Assembly: GCA_037379345.1 (NCBI GenBank)
Contig: CM074521.1
Span: 35,178,704 to 35,242,703 of the forward strand
DNA from: Perna viridis
Taxonomy: Eukaryota
Length of the DNA: 64,000 bases
Direction of reading: 5' to 3'
Positions 13,910 to 27,845 of the stretch are shown here, in pieces. A program made the translations under genes and the position numbers. Within the stretch, counting starts at the first letter, position 1. Each line of letters opens with the position of its first letter. Below the pieces are notes generated by a model that had not been told where the DNA came from, made no database searches, and worked only from the letters and a program-made list of their open reading frames with translations.

Positions 13910-14072
13910 ACAAGGTAAGAACTAAATCCTACAACACTGTGTATAAGTTTTCAAATACAATCACAGGGTAAGAACTAAATAATACAACACTGTGTATAAG
14001 TTCTCAAATACAAATACAGGGTAGAAACTAAATCCTAAAACATTGTGTATAAGTTCTAAAATACAAAACAGA
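13910..14072. repeat. 53-bp tandem repeat, 3 copies
   Basis: ggtaagaactaaatcctacaacactgtgtataagtt... at 13914, 13967 and 14020. Confidence 0.9.
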
Positions 14073-15789
14073 AAGTCAAATTTAGCACCAAAAATGTATA
14101 CCATTTACAATACAAGGAAGTAAGCTTTTAAATTCAGAAAACCTCGAAAGAGTTTAATGCGACATTCTAAATATATTAAGTATAAGTCTTTCTTAATATC
14201 AGACAAGATTAAGATCATTTCAAAACCCTAAAGAGAAGTAACCAACCACATAACCAGTCTTAGTCATGTGGTTTTTGCATTGAAAGATATAAAACATAAA
14301 TATTGGATATAAATTTACATTTTGCTAAGATATCATTCTTGCTTTGAATATTTCAATTAAAAGTGAAATGGAATCAATGGTTTTCAGAGAGGACAAATGT
14401 AGGTATATTGTACGTTGTATGTAGAGAAAAAAAAAGAATGTTTATTCAGTGGGTGTATCACTTCTACCATCAGCAGTGTCTGAATTGTATAAGGACTTAA
14501 CAATGTAAAGGTTGAAGCAACGGCACCATGTATACATGGATAACTGGTTTGTTACATTAAGTTACAACACTTCAGAGAAAAAATATCATTAATTTTTTAC
14601 TTTATCCAGAAGCGTTCCCAACGGTAATTTTATTGTCGTTGTTCTGTCTGGTGGTGGTTGTTAGAAGTTTAGACATACCATAAAGTCAAATATTATAAAT
14701 TCAAATGAAGTTCTTATTGAAATAAGACAATGAAAACATCAAGGCAAGCACTAGTTATCACTTTCCTAATTTCCTGTCAGTTCCTTGGGGAAATTTACTA
14801 TTCAATGAAAAACAGTGGGTGTTTCGCTCAAGACAAATGATTTTATGCATATTCCAAGACATATCCCCTTATTTGTACTTATCAGTGCTTCTGTATTTTA
14901 TATTCTTATTGGTCAATGTGATGAAACAAGACTGCCCGTTTATCAGAGTAACAAAACGTTGCAAATCCTGTATTTACATTGATCAGAGTTTGTGAGTTAT
15001 ACATGCACATACATGTTTATGATATGTATATGCTCGGAGATTGGGAGTCTGGGGTTATATGTATTCATGTTTATGATAAATATACATTGTATGATTTGGG
15101 GTTATGCATTCATGTATATGATAGGAATTTACATTCAATCATAAATCCAAAATAGAGAATACATATCAATACCCTTCATGTACGCAAAACCATGTTTCAT
15201 AGTTAGCAATTTATATGGAATAGATAGCTCAATAACTTTTTACGAAGAGTATCATAGTAAAGAAAGATGTTTATAATGATATATTATCAATGTAATTTGG
15301 TAAATTAAACTGTTTGTTTCATGACTTTTATTACGCAAAAAAATACTTGTTTGGGATCAATTTTCCAGCTGTAAGTCTTTAATGTGCATGTTTTGTTTTT
15401 TGTGTTTTATTATTATTATCATTATTATTCGTTTTGACTTTACAATATTGCAATAGCAGAAGATTGAACTAGTAGTAAGATGATTTCAATGCTAACATTA
15501 CAATGTCCGACCCCCGTGGGGTTGATTACGTTTTAGTTTGAGAAATCCTAAAAATATCAAAAACGATAAAAATGAGATTATTTTGCAATAAAGCGGAAAT
15601 TAGATAGTGAAATAGTAACGTTTTCCATTAATGATGTAGCAACATGAAAAAAAACACATTAAATGTCGGCTTGCGTGTTGTCTTCGTTAATTTAGTTGTG
15701 GCCTGTTTGAAATGAGGTTTTAAGATACCTGTAGATTGGCTATAGTGGCAGATACTTCATTTCTTATTTCCAAAACATATGATCAGTTG

Positions 15790-16013
15790 AAATGATCTTA
15801 TTAATACCGATACTTAAGGCCAGCACACGGAATCAACATTCCATAGGAAGGCATGTCATCCACCTCATACTCGGGCATGTTTATAAACTGATTCAAACCC
15901 AGCTTGTTTTCACTCTTTAACTATTTCAAAGTCTTCAGTAGAATTCGACAGGGTCGATTCAACGACTTCCCTTACTCAAAGCGTGACTCAAGGCAAGCAC
16001 GCTACCCCCAGAC
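15790..16013 (-). mobile_element. Degenerate tRNA-derived CORE-type SINE
   Basis: Reverse strand resembles the head (ggtagcgtgcttgccttgagt) and core of the SINE at 46775/47898-48119. Confidence 0.5.
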
Positions 16014-16439
16014 AATGCTTCATAACCAAAGATATGTGCTGTATATGTTATAAATCTAATGAAGGAGTACGAACAATTTAACAACATAAAATCTTAAATT
16101 TTCGATGAAATATCATTTCTTTACAGATAGGTTTCTAAGTCTATATTTATCAATATGTTTCAAAACATATATTTTCATATAATTCTCATGATGAACTGAA
16201 AAAAACATATAACAAACATATGTTCTAGGTCTGTCTCAAAACGTATAAAAAACGATGAAATATTTCTTTTAAAATTAACTGCAACACCATTATCAGATTT
16301 CTCCATAACCAAATGGAAATTACATAAATCTGGTACAAAATTCCTTACAATGTTTGATATTGGTATTCAACAGAAAATATTATCATATAATGAAGACGTG
16401 TTTATCGTGCCTGGTCTGGTGTAAATGTATAAAATAAAT

Positions 16440-16680
16440 TACTTTCTTTTGTTTTATTTGTTACTTCGTTTTGTTTTTCTTTTGTTTTTTTGTGGGGGAG
16501 GGGTGTTTTGCGACATTGTTTGTGAATGTTGTCTTTGTATTGTCTTTTTTTATTGTTATTTTGTTTTGTTTTGTTTTGTTTTGTTGTTTATCGTTCTTTA
16601 TAATCTATGTTTTTTGTACCATTTATGGTTTGTCTGGTTTTGTTAATTGCCTTTTAATTTTTGGTTTGGTTTTTATTATT
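16440..16680. repeat. T-rich low-complexity (TTTTG)n tract
   Basis: Directly visible; it explains the Phe-rich ORFs at 16425 and 16471. Confidence 0.85.
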
Positions 16681-19334
16681 TGCGAGGGCGTCTTTAACAT
16701 GTGAATTGAGTTGACAATGAACCTTCATGGATTACCGCATGTATTGTTTTTCATCAGAAATAGGTCATGCAACCATACAGTCGTACATAAACATTTATAA
16801 CATATAGCACAGTTTGTTGACCGTGGAGTATTCAGAGATAACAAATGACATTCATTGAAGGTTAATGATTCAATATAAACTCTGGTTGTAGCTGTTTGTA
16901 CACTGTATAAGAATCAAGGCTTGTCGTTGTGTCAACAGGCTTTTATCTTTGTGTGTTACATGTATATAAACATGCTTTGATTATAATTCAAAATATCCAG
17001 CATTATTTTAATTAACAATATAATGATATGTTTGTTCAGTAACTATAATTGTCATCAACGTATCTAATTAACTAAGGAACCCTCTTTTGAAAAGGGAATC
17101 AATTCATAAAATTACAGTGTATTAGGTACTAACCTTTTGGCAATACATGTACATTGTTGACGAAATCTAATGACATTTCCTGGTATAAAGCTTTCACCTA
17201 CACATTTTCACAAGTTTGTAAATGTGTTCTTGGTTCCATTTTTTTGTCTATTGTTTTTAAGCTACTAAACGTTTTAACCATTTCAGAACTAATTATTAGA
17301 ATTACATAAATGTACATGCATAATCAATGAATCCAAAAAGGATTAACATATGTTTAAACAAATTAACATATGTCTAAAAAGAGTCGTGTAGCTCTCAACG
17401 ACGCAAAGACTGAAATCAAGGGAAGGTATTTAAATTTGAGTTTCTGCTTTTCCCACGGTTTATTCTTTAATCTCAGCCATCCCATGAATGTTGAAACATA
17501 TCAAAAGAATCCCATAGGAGAAGCAAAAGACGGTTATCTACGATTGATGGAAAAATATATCGGTTAAATATCTAAGTGGGAAATAGGGAATACGAATTGT
17601 TAAATTAAATACAGAATTTACCATGATGGGCTTGAATGATCTTTGAGGGATTATCACGATATACAAAACTATGTTTTCCATTTCATATGATATCACATTC
17701 ATACGAGCACGAAGTAGATGACAACAGTGCTGTGAAAGGAAATAGCGCTCTTTGTCTCCTCTGACACCACTCTTATAACAGCGCTTTGAAAGGAAATAGC
17801 GTTATTTGTCTCCTCTGAAACCACTCTGAAACCATCAGTAAAATTACTTACATTTTACATACCGTAAACCTTTTTGTGGATTCGTGATACAATGTAATTA
17901 AGGAGAGAAGTATGAAGTCAAACTGCACAGGGACCATTATATAGTTTGGAGTAAGGACCATCAGGCCAATAATATAATGATTGTTTGATTGATGTATTAA
18001 TGATTGTGTTATTAATATATCGTAGTCATAGAAGACAGAATCATTAATCATGCCAGTGAAGTATAGAGAAATTTATACTACCATACAATGGACATAATCA
18101 GCACCAGACGTCAAAAATCAAATAAAAGAAGAGTGAATGAGAGAGAATGTATGTTATGAGGGGGAGGGCAACGTCAAAAGACAAACCATATAAAAACAGG
18201 AGACAGTCGTCCTCCAAAAGTCAAGGAACGAACAATTAAACTTCTACATGTTACCACACGGTCTTTAATGATGGACAAAACTTATATTATACAGAAAGCT
18301 GCAAAAGGCATCAAAATACATGAAGTGAAACTATTCATAAAAGACGAAAAATTATCTAATTTATAGAAAAATCAGAGACTGAAGTCTTCGAAGTCGCTAA
18401 TCGTCAAATATTCTATGCCATTAGCTTGCTTTCAACATCCGGGCAAATTAAATGCTCTGACTACTAAACTGAACTCCCAACTACATGCAATCAGTGATTT
18501 TCTCAATGTATGGACTTGGTTCAGAATTTCAAAAATCACAAATTAAAGCTGAAACTTGTAGGTTGATTGATAATTCATTTTCTTTTCCATTTCACATCTT
18601 TTGACATATCGTACATTTGTACATTTCTAGTAAAATAAGTGTATTCCTTTTTCGAAAATAATTTATACCTGATATTTTCAAAGCTCATGTCGGTTTTAAG
18701 AGCTCATTAGGCCTTGTGTTCTAATGTTTTGTTTTTTTTATGTACCGACATTACTTTTGAACTTTAAACTGTGTTGAGTAACACAACAGTTCGGCTAAGA
18801 TCGACAAACTTCAAGCGAAGTTGCGATATGCTCTATTTAAAATTGGGTGACTTCGAAACTGTGATGACCCGAGTGTTTTTCAATCAAAACAACTCGGAGA
18901 CTAAGCGTTTCTAAGCTGTATTATAGAAAGTTTAATGCTAACTGATCATTTCATCTTTTGATGTGAACTTCCCGCTCTCATACAAGTAAAAAACACATGT
19001 AGAACACATATACACGAATAGTATTTTAGAGGTACATTTCGATCTAGTATGATGCTAGAATTGATACTAAATTACTACTTTTGTGTCGAAAATTTGACAA
19101 ATCAACGGGCTTAAGATCTAGACTCGAATTGTTTTCTCTACATCAGAGTTAAAAACTGTTGTATTCAGTGTGTACCTGGCATGATAAGCTTTCAGATGAT
19201 ACCCAGTTTGCATATACTGGCTAAGTCACAAAACAAAATATACAATGCATCCTTGGAACTACTTTGTTTTTTTACGGACTATTTTCTGGCATGTGCATGC
19301 GACTGGTTCTTAAAAGTGGTATTATACCTCAAAG

Positions 19335-19977
19335 GTTAATCAAGAACGGTAATAAAAAAAACATGAACCAGTAATATCGACTAGACAGGTGATATAGATA
19401 CACACAACCAACAATATGCAATAACAAAAACAAAACATGTACAGAGAAACAATAACCACTAAATACTGGGACTAAGTGCACATGTAGGGTAAGCGTCCTC
19501 TGTTTTTCTAGAATGTCTATCTACTCCATGTACTCCACTAAATACTGGGACTAAGTACACAGGTAGGGTAAGCGTCCTCTGCTAGAATAGAATGTCCATC
19601 TACTCCACTAAATACTGGGAATAAGTACACGGGTAGGGTAAGCCTCCTCTGATAGAATAGAACGTCCATCTACTCCACTAAATACTGGGAGCATGGAGTA
19701 AGTACACAGGTAGGATAAGCGTTCTTTAATAGAATAGAATGTCCATCTACTCCACTAAATACTGGGAGCATGGAGTAAGTACACAGGTAGGATAAGCGTT
19801 CTTTAATAGAATAGAATGTCCATCTTCTCCACTAAATACTGGGAGCATGGACTAAGTACACAGGTAGGGTAAGCGTCCTCTGATAGAATAGAATGTCCAT
19901 CTACTCCACTAAATACTGGGAGCATGGACTAAGTACAGAGGTAGGGTAATCGTCCTCTGATTTTCTAGAATGTCCAT
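19335..19977 (-). repeat. Degenerate PLE 3' tail whose core is tandemly amplified (70-77-bp unit, ~7 copies, 19456-19977)
   Basis: Unit ccactaaatactggga(gcatgga)ctaagtacacaggtagggtaagcgtcctctg... aligns to 54928-54992 (cactaaaaactgggagcatggaccaggtgcaccggtagggtaagcgtcctctgcttttctagaa). Confidence 0.9.
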
Positions 19978-19993
19978 TATTGAGTTGTTACAT

Positions 19994-20127
19994 CTGCAGC
20001 CCTTTTCACAAAAAGTCGTATAAGTAAAACTAGTCGTAAATTGTGACGTCACAATACTTAACTCTATTATGACATAATTACTTACGACTAATTTTACACT
20101 TACGATTTTTTGTGAAAAGGACCGCTG
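19994..20127. mobile_element. MITE (~134 bp) with ~45-bp imperfect TIRs
   Basis: ccttttcacaaaaagtcgta...agtcgtaa mirrored by ttacgacta...tacgattttttgtgaaaagg; internal palindrome attgtgacgtcacaat. Confidence 0.8.
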
Positions 20128-22324
20128 AGTATACAAAAAACAAACATTTTGGCACCGTGAATAGTTCCCACCGTGCGCACGTTATCGCTACAAACTAAAA
20201 ATTGCCTGTAATCACGACTTAAATTCGCCTAGAAACTGTCCTCGTTTTATAAAACAAACTGCCTGGATGTTAAGTAAGAGCACGAACTCTACTCAAAAGG
20301 TTAACTTATTAATTTACTATTACAATTTCGTTATTTTAATTACTATTTTTTCGGCAAAATATGAAAGAAAAACGTTGAAAGTACGATGTCTAACGTTACG
20401 AAACACACTTGTATTTTGAGTTAAAATTGCTGAAAACCGATTACAATCTGCCCTAAAAGTGCTGAAATTGGAAATTGAAAATGAAATTCATGCTCACATC
20501 ATACATTTACATATCATGACTTGTTATCTGTTCTGACGTCACTTATTTAAAACGGATTTTTTTCCAGACCCGGGACAGTGAAATTATTGTCCATGTCAAT
20601 TTATTGACGTAAAACACTTAATTAAAAAGAAAAAAACTAAACAGCCAGATATGGCAGATACAGATACCATCGCAAGGTACACATCGTCTTTTACTTATAG
20701 CAATATTTTAAGTAGAAAATTTTGCCACACAGTAATATTATCAAGAAATCCGCAAGTCTGGCAATTTCGTCCGATGCTGGAGTGTAAATGTACTTAAAAC
20801 TATATTGTTTCGAATAGGTGGCCGCAGGACAAGATTTTACATTTCTAAAAGTATAAATGAATAACATGCTTAAAAAATACACGGAGTAAGCTTTAAAAAG
20901 CAGCGGTTATCATTGAATTGTTGTTCATGTAGTTTATTTAATTTGACAATAGTCTAGCTATTTCATACCAAACCGCAAAAACAACGTTATGTACGTTTAT
21001 GCCGCTAAGTGGACACAGAAACGATTTTGAGGTGGGGGAATAAAACATATAGGAAGTAGCGACTATTCCTTGCGTAGCTATCCATAATTTAGATATAAAT
21101 TATGTGACGCAGTGTTATCTGGTGTATGTTGTATCTCATAGGCGGATTTGTTAAATGGAGGACGAGACTTATATAATTATGCTCAAATACTTTTGTTAAT
21201 AATACAAAAATCAATTGAAGGGAAATCAAGGAAGTCTGGATTTGAATGGTAAGAAAAAACAACACGAACGCACCCGTCTTAGGTCTGTCAGGCCCTCACC
21301 ATTCGGAATTTCTGGTTTCACCACTGGATGTGTTATGAGTATTTCACATTTGAAAAACAGAAAAGAAAATTGTGTTCGGTCAAAACAGGGTGACGTATTC
21401 AAATACTGTATTACCGCCTCTCAAATCTTTTTCTCTAATCAAATATTCTTTTTCAATATTCGGAGGAAAATGTACCAAAAATCACGTAATTTGTATCCAG
21501 CTATCCAAGACCCCTCCGAATTCCGAAATTTATGCTTGTTAGGAACGGGTTGTAATTTAATCTAATTACTTTCATAGAACAGATATCTCTTTACATGCAT
21601 GTACCTGTAATTTGAAGACAGACAATCCCAGGCATTGACGGAAAAATATTTCAGGCCACAAATCTTAACTAATTGAGAAACATTCCTTTACTTTCAGTCC
21701 GGGCACACAATATAACCATAATTTTACCCATGCAGTACAAATTTTAAAAAAAACGTAACAGGCGTAAATTTTGCTGTAAAATGACGTTCATTGCGCGTAA
21801 CGTTTTTTTTTTTTTTAATGGTAGCAATATCGTGCGTAACGCCTTCGGTGTTTGTGGTGCAGGTGAAAAACGCTAGTCATCAAGTCAATCTGGTATACTG
21901 TTTTTGTCATCAATAATGAACAAAAGGGAACATGTCCCAGGAATAACGTATCAATAAAGACTTGACAGTCAGATTACTCAAATGAATGTGAAAATGTAAG
22001 TCTAAATACCACATTGTAGTAAGAGATAATAAACAAAGATGATACCTAGAAATATAAGCACAGGTGATTTTTAATTTTATGGTCGCAACTGTTTGTTTCC
22101 AGGGTATTAACAATTTCTTGTCCTGTCGGTCATGTTAATAAAATTGCTACCTGCCTAAATTGAAAACTCAGTTGTCCTTTAGTTAATGCATGTTTAAATA
22201 TACATGAAATTTGGTTGTCTTTACGGTATTTTACTTGTCCGAATAATAATTGTCCTGGGCAATAGGACAACTTGTAACGCGAGTTTGCCATTTGATTTAT
22301 TCATAAATTTATTGACATATTAGA

Positions 22325-22844
22325 TTTGTGTATTTGTTTGTTGGGGTTTAACGTCCGAGCAGCAATATTTCAGCTATATTCAGACGATGAACATGAAATT
22401 GTTGATAAAATGAACATGAAATGATGATGAAATAAAAAAGGGATGGAACACAAGGACAATGGGGTCGACAAATTTTGATTGACACTGGAAATAGGGAGAG
22501 GTGGGTAGGGTCGGGCAATTTAGCCTCCTGTGGCGGAGTCCTATGGTTCTTACTCCGGGAGAATACCACAGTAGGGTTCTTTAACGTGCGAGGAACGTGG
22601 CATCTTTCCCAACACGGTGCACCACTATGGTTTGCGGTCAGGTTTCCCGTATTATAGCCTGACAACCCCAGCATGTAAAACGCCAGGGGTACCCCATTCC
22701 ACCACCTGGGGCACACATCCCAGTTGCTCTGTGGGCAGAGCGCCCTAGCCCCCGGCTAGGCTTCTGAGCACTATTTAGTCGCCTTTTACGACAAGCTTAG
22801 CGCTGCTGTGGGCCTATTCTTTTAACACCCGGACTTGCACGGGG
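22325..22844 (-). mobile_element. Full-length SINE-like retroposon, copy 2
   Basis: Perfect 14-bp TSD attgacatattaga (22311-22324, 22845-22858). Contains the gcacgttaaagaaccc motif (Meta-domain-like, from recall) and a simple-repeat tail. Confidence 0.92.
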
Positions 22845-25770
22845 ATTGACATATTAGAGTTTTGTATATAAGCATCACAGTACCTATATCAAATCTGTAT
22901 ACCACTTATCAAATGATTTAGTAGTAACAATTATATAATACTGGAAGAACTGTAGACCGATTACCAAACCTCGATTCTCAGCAATGCAACAAGAAAAGCA
23001 AACAATATTATGTTTATGTAAAAGATCAGAAAAACTGTGCGCTGATCATCAACGTGTCTATGAAACAACAACATATATCAGCATTCTTTTCATACTTGAC
23101 TTCTAAAATATTCCCAAGAGTTCAAAAACGATATGTAATTAAACCAGAAAAATACCGTTTGTTTACATTACCGTGAGTGTTGAAAAAAACCATGGTATCT
23201 GTTTTTCTCTTCATTAACTCCACTACTCTAGTTTTCAATTTAAATACTTAGTTTCGACATAAAATTTGGAATTAAGATTTCAATGATAGAATGGATATGA
23301 TTATGCAGTAAAAACAATTAAAACATACAAGGAAGTATGTGCATTAGTAAAAAACAGAGGCTCGTATTATTTTCATTAAATTTCACTATCCGATTTTTTC
23401 ATTAACTTCCGGTTTCAATAATAAATGAAATTCAATTTCAATACCTGTACAATAAGTGTGTGTTCATATCATGCAACGACATATAACTCTGAAAACACTC
23501 TGACCAGGATGATTGTCGTAACATTCTGGCATTACCATATACTACGTTTTGGGTAAATGTGTCAAACGTGCATCACTCGGTGCGCATTATGTACCCATTA
23601 CTGTGACTAAAGAATCACCATGCTGACTGTAGACTAAGACTATGTTCATTTCCATGCTAATTTTTCCTGAATGCCTAAGAGTATTCATGCTGGTTTTACC
23701 GATTAAGGACCGGAATATTTTCGTTTCTGTATATCTTTACAAATGTCTGGTGTCGGTCTCCTTGTCCGGACGTAAATAGTACCTAAAGGTCCTTGAAAAT
23801 ATGATGAATATATTTTCAATTATAATGATGGTGACCAACAAATATGTTTGAATGACCTGGACGAGTATAGTCAGGCATAATGAAGTGATTGCAGTATAAG
23901 TTATAGATAATATCTAAATTAACACTCAACCAAACAAAGAAACTTATAACTATAGATAAAGTTGGTTAAAAATATCTTGTCTACAAATTTCCGAAACATC
24001 AGCTTAGTGCTGTTATACAAGCTCTATAATTACATATTGTACTCTGCATAGAAAGACCGTAATGTATTCCGTGTCATGTTTGCTTTGTGCGCTTATGCAC
24101 AACAAAAGTGATAATGTCAGTTTCCTGCTACCCTACTTACTCCATGTGTGTCTAAACATTTCATGGCGGCAACTTTTACCCAAGCACGTCAAAGTTTAGG
24201 CTGTTTCACTCCATGTAAAACCTTTTTTGAAAAATAAAACGATATCCCTACATGTACCTAACTACCATATATTTCTTGCTGGTAGCAGGAAACAATACTA
24301 TTATTTGTTGGCCTTATAGTCCATCGCACATTTGTATCTTATTCAAGGTTTGTTGTGAAACCAGATCGTCATACAAATTGTTACAAACAAAGGCTTGTTT
24401 AAGAATCACGGACAGTTTGGGTAATAAAAGCATGGATCCAGTTCATTTATAACAGTGGTAATTAAACACCTCAATATAGATGATGAAAGCTACATTAGGA
24501 TGGAGATCCCTAGAGTCTCACTCAGTGACTCTTTTCAAAGTAGTATAATTCAATCCAGGAAAAATTTTGTGAATCCTTGAATAATTCAATAACTTGGTTT
24601 TAGAGACAGGAGACCTTGGGGATTAATTCTACTAATATACAGTATACAGAACACAAAGCCAATGCTACCTCCACAATTTCTATAGAATTTCTGAATGGTG
24701 CCGAGCAGAGGTTTGTTCCACAGCAATGAACGAAATGATATTTTGCTAATTTGTTGGAATTGGTTTTCTTTGTATTTTCATAACTAAATAGCTATGTGTT
24801 ATTGTGTAATGAAGACATTGATTATATATCTGATAAATGGAGCACGCACTAGATATTTGTACTTTCAACATACAAGTTCACTTTTATATAAGTAAACTTT
24901 TGTGGAAACATTGAAAATGATCTGTTAAAACAATGATTCAGAGAATTTGTCTCATTATTCTCAGAAACCGTCGTGTATATATCAACTGTAATTAGTTACC
25001 TTGTATTACCCTTAAATGGGAAATTGAAAGTAACAAATAAGTATATTATGATACAGTGGATGTTAGCTTCCTATTCATAACGAATTAATGTTAAGATCGA
25101 TAGGTATTACAAGACATGTTGAATTGTATGCAGGTCTACGGTGTAAAATCCTTAGGGGACGAATCAGACAATTAAAAGCAAATCAATTGACAATATTACA
25201 CAGAAACTAAACAATGGACATTGATTAGATGGGCACTATATTACATTCTGATGTTTACTATCGATAAGTCCTAACGATAGATTGTCCATTCTATTAGAAA
25301 ATAGAAGGCTGGTTCATCCGGATATATAATTAAACTATTTCCAATAACATTAATACTGATTCTCAACAAAACGATCAGTATCTGAATGGGTTTAGAATGT
25401 AACTAACGTATTTTGCGTGGCTCCTCATACTTGTGGTATTATAGATTACCTGATTGGAATATGATTCGAACAATTATCAAAGAAAGCAAGTCCATCAATC
25501 TTCATAATTATACAAATGTATCTATTTGCGCTAATCACTTGCTTAGATAAAGTATATTCTTGAGGCTGCATGATTTCCACAGAAAAAGTAATTGAAATGT
25601 TAATGTAAAAATGTAAAAAAAGCTATTTGAGATTTTTGCTTTTTTCACTGTTTTCTTTCTTTATGGTCATTATTTACAAATATATATTACAGCTAAAGGT
25701 TTCAAGGGGGTACGTACTCAACAGGGGGTTGATTTTCACGAATTTGAAGAGATTTGAGAATTATATTGTT

Positions 25771-25803
<33 letters not shown>

Positions 25804-27721
25804 CGTTTTTAGTTTTTAAGTGATTTTTATGGTCATCATACTAAAGTGAATGGAAGAATTATTTTCCACCTACTTTTTCCCTTTAACCTGACATTCTCAT
25901 AAATTTGTTACTACATGTACCATAAATATACTGCCGCGGGCATGTAAACTGTCACTATTTCATTATAATACGTATTATTATTTTCTTTTCCTGTGTAATT
26001 ATGCATGTATACAGGCTTTCCTTAAAAATACGCCACAATCCTTACACAGAAATTGAAATACAAAGCACACACACACACAAACACACGTAAATGTAATTGT
26101 CTTATATGATCGTGCCGACTACATGTACATAAATATTTTGTCAATATCTGACCTTAACATTTCCGTGCGAATTTGCAAATATAATACTACAGCGACCACA
26201 TGTAGGTTCTTTGTCATTTTACTGCTTAACATGAAAGTGGTGCATATATATATACAAACAAATGCAAGGGGATACAACAAAAGTATTGCAAAAGTAACTA
26301 TAAAAACAAAAATTAGAAACAAAAACTATGGCGGAAGCAGCAAATGAGGAATTGGGACGGCTGCGCAAACGTACGAGGACAGATTCATGTGACCAACTGA
26401 CAACACCAGTACCTCATAGTTCCCGTTTGTCTTTTCCGGTCTCCTTATAACATGTCTTGCCATGGGGACTTGTGATAGATTAGCTAAACAGAAAACCAGA
26501 TTTGTATCGAAAATAATTACACTGTCAGAAGAATGATAGACGTTGTCAATGAATACGGTTCACCCCAGGTAGAAATTACCAAAGAATTCCTAGATTCTTC
26601 AGAATGCAGAAAAAAATTGAAAAAAATGTAACGGGAACAGGCAAGTAAAAAACTCCCCTGAAAAAAAGACGCATTAATGACAATACGGTCCTACTATAAT
26701 CGACAAAACACAGTACAACAAATTCAAAGTAATCTTAAAAAGCAAACTAACTCAGCTTTTTAACTAGCAAGAACACCATCAATGTGACTAAGGAACTTAC
26801 TTCGATCTACCATTTAAAATTATAAAAACCGTTTTACCCGTTCGAGGGCAAACATCGATGACTTCGAGTACTTGTATGTTCTACCCATACATGTATCTAT
26901 CTACAGATTGTTTATGATGTGTAAATAATTATTAACATCTGATGTTTCATCTGATAATAAAAGATTTCTTTAATTGTCATAATGTAAACCTATAACATAC
27001 ATAGACAGGGACCTAATTCATGGCACGGAAACCAAATACGACCTGCACCATGCACTATAACAAGAAGTTTAACCACGTTTAACTTTTGACCTTCAGGGGG
27101 AATATGACATATCAAAATAATAAAGTAGTTAAGGAGGCGTTTACTATGTCTTCAATGTTATGTTTGATAAACCATTAAGCATTTTAAATTTGTTTGGAGG
27201 GGTGACTATTCTATTATGAAAAGTTGTTTAACGATGACAAGGTAGACCTTTAAAATTGTCAAAAATACAGTACCAAACAATTGATATAAAGTAAAAGGTG
27301 TGAATTTTTGTAAATGTTCTGTATAAACGAACATTATTAAGTTTTCAGTGCAAAAACGTGATTCAATGTAACTCACAACGACGGAATTGAAGAAATGAAC
27401 AATTAAGCGAAATATATTGCATACCAATAACCTTAGTGGTTCAGATATATTCATTTTAAATTGCTTCAAATGAGTTCAATAGTGTAGACTAGTTACAATA
27501 GTAGATAACCATTATGTAAAGCATAATGCAAATGCACAAGGAATTTAAAAGCAAGTCTGAAGCATAAAGCCTCTTTATAAGGGAAGCAATATTTCACACA
27601 ATTTGCTGAAGAGTACATATACAAGTGAACAATATAAAGCACAAAACAGTAAACGGTGCTTAATAGATAATTTGCATAATTTTCAAGTAAATAATCAGCA
27701 TTAGGTAAAATAAGGACTTAC

Positions 27722-27845
27722 CATCACTAACGACGTACGACGGCTCTTGGCACAGGATTTCTTTGTATCCCTCTCTAAAGGACGGACTTCTCCACGCGTA
27801 TATTATAGGGTTACAAGCAGAGTTCATATATCCAAAACAATAGGC
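27722..27845 (-). CDS. GPCR coding exon 2 (TM7 and helix 8)
   Basis: Acceptor tattttatttctcag|GCC. The 124 nt translate to AYCFGYMNSACNPIIYAWRSPSFREGYKEILCQEPSYVVSD+G, followed by donor gtaagt. The phase matches the upstream exon and it supplies the missing NPxxY. Not in the ORF track. Confidence 0.95.

Noticed and set aside
16425-16704. Phe/Cys/Val-rich membrane-like ORFs
   Set aside because: Translation of a T-rich low-complexity tract.
20150-21900. CpG-richer stretch possibly forming a DNA transposon or regulatory island
   Set aside because: I could not define TIRs, TSDs or a recognisable coding remnant.
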